Source: Octopus sinensis (taxonomy: Eukaryota). Taken from it: DNA of 64,000 bases. Under the pieces are notes generated by a model, which had not been told where the DNA came from, ran no database searches, and was given only the letters and a program-made list of their open reading frames with translations. The DNA is taken from NCBI RefSeq assembly GCF_006345805.1, contig NC_043013.1, positions 58,466,001 through 58,530,000 on the forward strand. The letters are read 5' to 3'. Position numbers and translations under genes: made by a program. Position 1 is the stretch's first letter. The number at the start of each line of letters is the position of its first letter. Below, one piece after another: positions 63,665-64,000 of this stretch.

Positions 63665-64000
63665 TTAGGAGGACACAGACAGGCTTGAAGAAATAGAATA
63701 AACAGGGACGTGATGATAATGAATAAGGAAATGCCCCCTAAAGGCGATACTGTGCCCTACGTACAAAGGAGGAATAGGTCTCATAGGATGCACGATCTCT
63801 CTGTTTTCAATGGTGAAAAATGTCTGGAATGGTACGTCATACAGCAGATTGAACCCTTGCTTATGACTGCTAGAAATAGCAACACGATACCGACCGAAAA
63901 TATGATGCACCCAGAAACATTTAAGAAACAAGATGGAGAACAAAGATCAAATAACTGCAAAATGAAAACAATGCATAGGCAATACTTCAGAGAAACCGAA
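63665..64000 (+). mobile_element. Degenerate R4/Dong-like internal fragment running off the window end
   Basis: ...PKGDT..YVQRRNRSH...MHRQYFRETE resembles the post-RT region (LYxxRxxGGRG...MHGQY). Confidence 0.6.

Overview
Eukaryotic, AT-rich, microsatellite-saturated genomic DNA. The repeat content (tRNA-headed SINEs carrying internal (TA/TG)n tracts, R4/Dong-type and CR1-group LINEs, Penelope pLTR pieces) points to an octopod cephalopod, most likely Octopus; this is an inference, not a database result. I found no intact protein-coding gene, and most ORFs in the track are microsatellite artefacts. Supported content: about ten restriction-endonuclease-type (R4/Dong-like) non-LTR retrotransposon pieces, including a head-to-tail stack at 35.9-42.7 kb; two CR1-group and two Tx1/L1-type LINE fragments; Penelope fragments; a Helitron N-terminal remnant; several MITE/fold-back elements; and many SINEs. 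Three observations stand out. (1) A decayed Cys-loop (nAChR-like) receptor gene lies on the minus strand at 54.1-55.9 kb, with further weaker Cys-loop-like relics at 21.0-21.9, 17.6-18.1 and 10.8-11.3 kb, which would suggest a receptor birth-and-death graveyard. (2) There is one near-canonical hammerhead ribozyme (4842-4919) and five Penelope-associated minimal hammerhead variants with altered cores. (3) There is a multi-arm hairpin of about 1 kb at 52.9-53.8 kb. All protein alignments were made by eye from remembered consensus motifs and need HMM confirmation.
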